Below the pieces are notes generated by a model. It was not told the origin of the DNA and ran no database searches. It saw only the letters and a program-made list of their open reading frames with translations. A stretch of 64,000 nucleotides of DNA, from contig CAZZJF010000001.1 of assembly GCA_964654325.1 (NCBI GenBank), positions 6,606-70,605 on the forward strand, in the 5' to 3' direction. Shown here one piece after another: positions 59,045 to 64,000 of this stretch. The stretch comes from an uncultured Ferruginibacter sp. (lineage in GTDB: Bacteria; Bacteroidota; Bacteroidia; Chitinophagales; Chitinophagaceae). A program made the position numbers and the translations under genes. Each line of letters opens with the position of its first letter. The first letter of the stretch is position 1.

Positions 59045-60367
59045 GTGGCTCCTTTGATACAGGTATTTTGTCATACACGCAGCGCCAGGTTACACTATAT
59101 CTGTGACTGGATCTTTACGGAGCAGTTTCAAATCGATTATGTACTTATTAATTCGATGGAGGCACTCGATCCGAATAATCCGATCATCAATTACACGGAT
59201 TCGCCCATTTCTTATACAGCTATTCATATTTCACCCATTGGACTCCTTGAACAAAACGGTATCCGTTCACAGCCCATAAACAGTTTTCACTATCCATCTT
59301 TTTCAAACCCTGAGAAAAGCACCCCCGCTTTTTTTCAAACCGAAACAGCGGAGTGGTCTTTTGATCTTTTTTCGAGTGTCTTTTATTTGATCAGCCGGTA
59401 TGAGGAGTACACCGAAACAGTCCGGGACGAGCATGGCCGTTTCCCGCATACGCAGTCGTTGGCATACCGGATGAACGTTCTGCACATACCGCTTATTCAG
59501 CATTGGTTATTGGATTTACGATGGCTGATTCAAAACAAATGGGCTGCTGTATCAATGACTATAGCAACCCAGTCGCCGATGATTACCTATGATATCGACA
59601 TGGCTTGGTCGTATTTACACAAAGGCTGGTTGCGTAATCTTTTCGGCTGGCTGAAACAACCTTCACTCAACCGTATTCAGGTTTTAGTTGGAAACAAGCC
59701 GGATCCATTTGATATTTTCGACGACCTGATAGCGCGTCATCAAGAAACAAACACACCGGCGTTATTTTTCTTTCCGGCCGGAAAAAGCCACAACCGATAC
59801 GACAAACATATTTCACCAAATAACCCCGCCCTTCAAAAACGGATCCGTCAAATCGCAAACTATTTTGACATTGGTCTGCATCCTTCCTATTACAGCATGC
59901 AACAGCCTGAGCGCTTGATTGAAGAAAAAACCCGATTGGAACAATCGCTCGAAAAACAAATAATCCGCAGTCGACAACATTATATTCGATTTGCCTTGCC
60001 CGAAACATATCGCTACCTGATTGATGCCGGTATCCGGGAAGAGTATAGTATGGGCTATGGTAGCATCAATGGCTTCAGAGCTTCGACCTCAAGCTCCTTT
60101 CTTTGGTATGACCTGTCAACAGAACGTGTTACGGATTTACGGGTATTCCCTTTTTCGTTCATGGATGCCAATTGTATTTTTGAAGAAAAAATAGATGCCT
60201 CAGCGGCCTGGGACTATTATTGCGCACAGTTGCATCAATGTCAACGAGTGGGCGGAATGCCCGTGTCGATCTTTCATAATCACCTGCTTGCCAATGTATC
60301 CTCATATGTCGAATGGATTGATCTGCATGCGCGTATACTCCGCACTACAGCTCCGGCTCAGCCATAG
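59045..60367 (+). CDS. Polysaccharide-deacetylase-like protein (DUF7033-type)
   Basis: FYLISRYEEY, ITYDIDMA, IGLHPSY, RQHYIRF, GFRASTS, FHN; start set at GTG 59045. Confidence 0.8.
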   Translation: MAPLIQVFCHTRSARLHYICDWIFTEQFQIDYVLINSMEALDPNNPIINYTDSPISYTAIHISPIGLLEQNGIRSQPINSFHYPSFSNPEKSTPAFFQTETAEWSFDLFSSVFYLISRYEEYTETVRDEHGRFPHTQSLAYRMNVLHIPLIQHWLLDLRWLIQNKWAAVSMTIATQSPMITYDIDMAWSYLHKGWLRNLFGWLKQPSLNRIQVLVGNKPDPFDIFDDLIARHQETNTPALFFFPAGKSHNRYDKHISPNNPALQKRIRQIANYFDIGLHPSYYSMQQPERLIEEKTRLEQSLEKQIIRSRQHYIRFALPETYRYLIDAGIREEYSMGYGSINGFRASTSSSFLWYDLSTERVTDLRVFPFSFMDANCIFEEKIDASAAWDYYCAQLHQCQRVGGMPVSIFHNHLLANVSSYVEWIDLHARILRTTAPAQP

Positions 60368-61283
60368 GGGATTCCTTCGGTGTGCTACTTCTTTTTACCA
60401 GATAGACGCCCCCTAACGTAATCAGCGCACCCATCAGGGTTGTCCATGAAATCGTATCCCCGATAAAAAAATAAGCGGTTATCATGGCTACGATGGGATT
60501 GATGTATGCGTACATCGACGAGAGCGCCACGGGCAGGGTTTTCAAGGTGTAAATAAACGCGATGAAACTGAGCACCGAACCGGCCACAACCAGATAGAAC
60601 ACATACGCCCATCCCTCCCAGGTAATCGATGAAATGGGCATCTGTTTCTGAACCAACTGCGAGAGCAGAAAAACCATGGCGGAACCCATCAGCATCTGCC
60701 ATCCCATGGCATAATAGGGATTCATAGGCCGTTTGTTCCTTGATAAAAAAACAGTCCCGAAACTCCAGGACAACAAGGCAGCAACGGAAAGCGTTAATCC
60801 CAGCGCCACCGGCTCTTTGGTATTAAAATTCAGTTGATTGGAAAAAACGAGCGTCACTCCAGCAAGTCCAATAAAAATTCCCAGCATGGTTCCTTTATTC
60901 AGCTTTCGTTGATTGAAAAAAATCCATTCAATCAATACCACACAGAGTGGGTACGTTGCGCCCAGCAAGGAGGCCATACCGGCCGGAATATGATCTAGGC
61001 CCATGGTACTGAGGCCATTGGCCATGACCATCATCAAAACGGACATACCCAATAGCCAGCCGATATCTTTCCATCGGGGAAGGGGTGTTCGCTTCATAAT
61101 CAGAAAGTACCCTAAAAAACAAAGCGCCGCCAGGCATTGACGAATATATGCCAGTTGTAATGCGGGGATACCGGCTTTATCCATAGCCAGTTTACTGACA
61201 GTCCAGGTAGTGCCCCATAATATACAGGTTGCGGCCAGCGCCAGGAGTGAAAGGTGATTTGGTTTATGGGGCGAAGAAAGCAA
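60345..61283 (-). CDS. EamA/DMT family transporter
   Basis: ILWGTTW, two EamA halves, YAYINPIVA. Confidence 0.92.
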   Translation of the reverse strand: MLSSPHKPNHLSLLALAATCILWGTTWTVSKLAMDKAGIPALQLAYIRQCLAALCFLGYFLIMKRTPLPRWKDIGWLLGMSVLMMVMANGLSTMGLDHIPAGMASLLGATYPLCVVLIEWIFFNQRKLNKGTMLGIFIGLAGVTLVFSNQLNFNTKEPVALGLTLSVAALLSWSFGTVFLSRNKRPMNPYYAMGWQMLMGSAMVFLLSQLVQKQMPISSITWEGWAYVFYLVVAGSVLSFIAFIYTLKTLPVALSSMYAYINPIVAMITAYFFIGDTISWTTLMGALITLGGVYLVKRSSTPKESPMAEPEL

Positions 61284-61306
61284 AAAGCGTGTATTCGTTT
61301 ACGTGA

Positions 61307-62824
61307 CTAATGTTTGAAATGACGCATGCCGGTGAGAACCATGGCCAGCTTATGGTCGGTGCAATACCGGATACTGTCTTCATCACGAACCGATCCGCCC
61401 GGCTGGATGAATGCTGATATTCCGGCGGCATGAGCCATACGGACACAATCATCGAAGGGGAAAAACGCATCACTTGCCAGTACGGCATCAGTAAGGTCGA
61501 ATCCAAATTGACGTGCTTTTTCCAGTGCCTGTCGGAGCGCGTCGATACGGCTCGTTTGTCCGCAGCCTTTTCCAATTAATTGTTTATTTTTTACCAATGC
61601 GATCGCATTACTTTTAAGATGTTTGCACACCAGATTAGCAAACTGCAAATCGCCTGTTTCATCTTGGGAACATGAACGGCCACCAACTTCTTTCCATTCG
61701 TTGTAATTACCCTGATCCACTTCTTGCACCAACACGCCATTTAAGATAGATCGGTACATTTGAGTAGACGGGGCCGACTCTTTCAGTTCGAGTAGGATGC
61801 GGTTTTTTTTGACAGATAGTAGTTGAAAGGCCTCCTCTTCAAAAGCCGGCGCTATCAGCACTTCAAAAAATAAATCGCTGATCATCGAGGCAGTTGCTAC
61901 ATCCAGCGGAGCATTACAAATCAGGACACCACCAAATGCGCTTTCCGGGTCGCCGGCCAGGGCTTTTGTCCAAGCTTGCTGAAGTGTTTCGCCCTGAGCG
62001 ATGCCACACACATTGGTGTGCTTAATGATTGCAAATACGGTTTGGTCAAATTCGCGTATCAGTTGAATAGCCGCATCGACGTCTACGAGATTATTGTATG
62101 AAAGTGGTTTGCCATAACGTTGTACAAAAAGGTCTGTCAGGTCACCGTGGAACTCAGCAGCCTGATGGGGGTTTTCGCCGTAGCGCAATGATTGAGATAT
62201 TGTTCCATATGGCGAGGTAAAGGACTGCTTATGAAAATAGTTGGAAATGGCCATATCATAGGCGGTACATACATCAAAAGCCCGAATGGCGAGTTCCCGG
62301 CGTTGTTCCAGCGTGGTTGCTGCTTGTTGAGACTGCAGCAGATTTAGCAAATATGGATACTCATTGCGGGATGCCACGACGGTTACATCGCGATGATTTT
62401 TTGCCGCGGCTCGAATCATGGATGGTCCGCCGATATCGATTTTTTCGATAATGGGAGATTCATCTATAATAGCCTGCGCGGCCATATCACGAACGGTTTC
62501 TTCAAACGGATACAGGTCGACCATGACCAGATCGAACTGTGGGATTCCGTACTGCTGCATGTCTTGCTGATGTGCAGTATCATCCCGTTTGCCAAGGATC
62601 GCGCCAAAAACAAGCGGATGCAGGGTTTTAACCCGACCGCCCAGGATCGAAGGAAACCCTGTAATCGACTCAACCGAGTGGCAGGGTATGCCCAATCCGT
62701 TTACAAAATCGAACGTGCCGCCGGTACTATATATCTGTACGCCATGTTCCTGTAAGGCATGCACAATGGGAGCCAACTCATCCTTATAAAAAACAGAAAT
62801 CAGGGCGGTGCGGATTTTATTCAT
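61307..62824 (-). CDS. purH: Bifunctional AICAR transformylase/IMP cyclohydrolase
   Basis: GGRVKTLHP, IDIGGPSMIRAAAKN, LRYGENPHQ, ASDAFFPF, QPGGSVRD. Confidence 0.98.
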   Translation of the reverse strand: MNKIRTALISVFYKDELAPIVHALQEHGVQIYSTGGTFDFVNGLGIPCHSVESITGFPSILGGRVKTLHPLVFGAILGKRDDTAHQQDMQQYGIPQFDLVMVDLYPFEETVRDMAAQAIIDESPIIEKIDIGGPSMIRAAAKNHRDVTVVASRNEYPYLLNLLQSQQAATTLEQRRELAIRAFDVCTAYDMAISNYFHKQSFTSPYGTISQSLRYGENPHQAAEFHGDLTDLFVQRYGKPLSYNNLVDVDAAIQLIREFDQTVFAIIKHTNVCGIAQGETLQQAWTKALAGDPESAFGGVLICNAPLDVATASMISDLFFEVLIAPAFEEEAFQLLSVKKNRILLELKESAPSTQMYRSILNGVLVQEVDQGNYNEWKEVGGRSCSQDETGDLQFANLVCKHLKSNAIALVKNKQLIGKGCGQTSRIDALRQALEKARQFGFDLTDAVLASDAFFPFDDCVRMAHAAGISAFIQPGGSVRDEDSIRYCTDHKLAMVLTGMRHFKH

Positions 62825-62847
62825 AAAACGGCATTCGTTTAAATCGA

Positions 62848-64000
62848 TTATTCAAAAAGTTCCAGAGCGCCGGTGTTGGCCGGGAAATAATGCGGCAAAG
62901 CTACGGTCTGACAACGGCTTCGCCACCGGTCAATTTTCCACAAGGGCAAGTTGATAAATATTACAAGCGAAGGGTTTGCTTGTGCGATGCGGGTTAGCCA
63001 TTGAGTCGGCGGTTCGCCCAACAGCATGATCCAGTGATAGCCGGTGAGTGTGTCGGGTAATTGTTTTCGTTGGGTATTCAATAAAAGCATAGGTCGTCCA
63101 TTCATCGTCATGCGGATATGTTGTGAAGGGAGATGGATCCGTTTTAACGGATTCTCCGAAAATCCATAATGATGACGGGGGCCTTTGAATGGATCGGACG
63201 TCGTTGTCGCGAATGAGCTGGTATCCGAACACAGATGGACAAACGAGGAGCCGGACAAGACATCCATGGAAAAGCCCCGCTTGCTTTGATGTAAAACGAG
63301 TCCTCGTTGCTGCGCGATGACCCATTGGTCGTGCAAACGAAAAACGCCAAAAACAACAGCCAACCAGATAATCCAAAAAGGACGTTGTCGTTCAATAAAC
63401 CAATCCATGGCAATCAGCATTAGGATTGCAAGGCCTACACTCCAGTCGGGGAAATGAATGTTTGTAATTAAACCACCGGGTAGATCGGCAAACCATGTAA
63501 CAATGGCATTCATCCATTGCAAACCTGTTTTAACCAACCATGTTATCCAGCTATTTATTGGAGCAATGTCCGTCGTAATAAGCATTAGAATCTCTCCGAA
63601 TAACAAAGCGGTAGAGAAGGGCACCACGATCAGGTTTACCGGTAAAAAATACACCGGAAACTGATGAAAATAATAAAGACATAATGGCCATGTTGTGATT
63701 TGTGCCGCGATTGTAACGGATGCCATCTCGCCTGCCTTATTCAACAGAAAATAATTGGATTTCAAATAGCCGGCCAATCGTTTTTGTAACCAACCGATGC
63801 CCACCAGCGCTGCGTAACTCAGTTGAAAACCTACATCCCACAGCAGATATGGATTATACCAGAGTAATAAAAAAGCCGAAGCGGCCAGCATATTGGGCAA
63901 TGATGATTTCTTTTGAACCATTGAACCGACTACGATACAGGTAAACATGACCGCTGAACGAAGCACGGATGCTGATGCGCCTGTAAGCAATGAAAAAATC
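62848..64000 (-). CDS. comEC: ComEC/Rec2 competence protein (5' part outside the window)
   Basis: TGASASVLRS, DVGFQLSY, YYFHQFP, NLIVVP; frame open to the edge. Confidence 0.9.
   Translation of the reverse strand, partial: IFSLLTGASASVLRSAVMFTCIVVGSMVQKKSSLPNMLAASAFLLLWYNPYLLWDVGFQLSYAALVGIGWLQKRLAGYLKSNYFLLNKAGEMASVTIAAQITTWPLCLYYFHQFPVYFLPVNLIVVPFSTALLFGEILMLITTDIAPINSWITWLVKTGLQWMNAIVTWFADLPGGLITNIHFPDWSVGLAILMLIAMDWFIERQRPFWIIWLAVVFGVFRLHDQWVIAQQRGLVLHQSKRGFSMDVLSGSSFVHLCSDTSSFATTTSDPFKGPRHHYGFSENPLKRIHLPSQHIRMTMNGRPMLLLNTQRKQLPDTLTGYHWIMLLGEPPTQWLTRIAQANPSLVIFINLPLWKIDRWRSRCQTVALPHYFPANTGALELFE

Noticed and set aside
19338-61810. A8/T8 runs (near 19339, 30605, 43521, 59015 and 61803) as phase-variation tracts
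   Set aside because: Short, in frame, and explained by Lys/Phe codons; unlike dnaX, no domain-boundary logic
1-64000. Defence island, prophage, IS or tRNA integration site suggested by the WYL and SNF2 genes
   Set aside because: No nuclease, DNA methylase, toxin-antitoxin, integrase, transposase, terminal repeats or tRNA found; neighbours are metabolic or envelope genes

Overview
Chromosomal window of a Bacteroidota genome, most likely Chitinophagaceae. The call rests on TAnnTTTG -7 promoters, T9SS cargo with the PVxLxxF pre-CTD domain, futalosine-pathway mqnC and a split transketolase. About 55 CDS are present. A housekeeping backbone (gpsA, rnc, mqnC, gcvT, rbfA, tkt-N, frr, dnaX, PDH E2, queA, kbl, lutB, purH, comEC) is interrupted by accessory patches of exported or envelope proteins at about 4.2-13.2 kb, 19.3-27.2 kb and 40-56.3 kb. 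I saw no rRNA, tRNA, CRISPR array, integrase, transposase or prophage. Best leads: (1) a co-directional run with a membrane-anchored CotH-type kinase, a VTC polyphosphate-polymerase domain and DUF4956, mixed with cell-wall enzymes (possible polyP-driven periplasmic phosphorylation system); (2) an A10 tract in dnaX with stops in both shifted frames (tau/gamma by slippage); (3) a two-gene exported module of a 5x36-aa repeat-vWA protein and a TPR protein with ten nested Cys/His zinc motifs; (4) an exported glycan-binding protein ending in a streamlined Hint domain; (5) an active/inactive amidohydrolase pair; (6) a deletion scar beside a WYL regulator, plus two other frameshifted accessory genes. 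All family assignments come from motifs recognised by eye; no database search was run.
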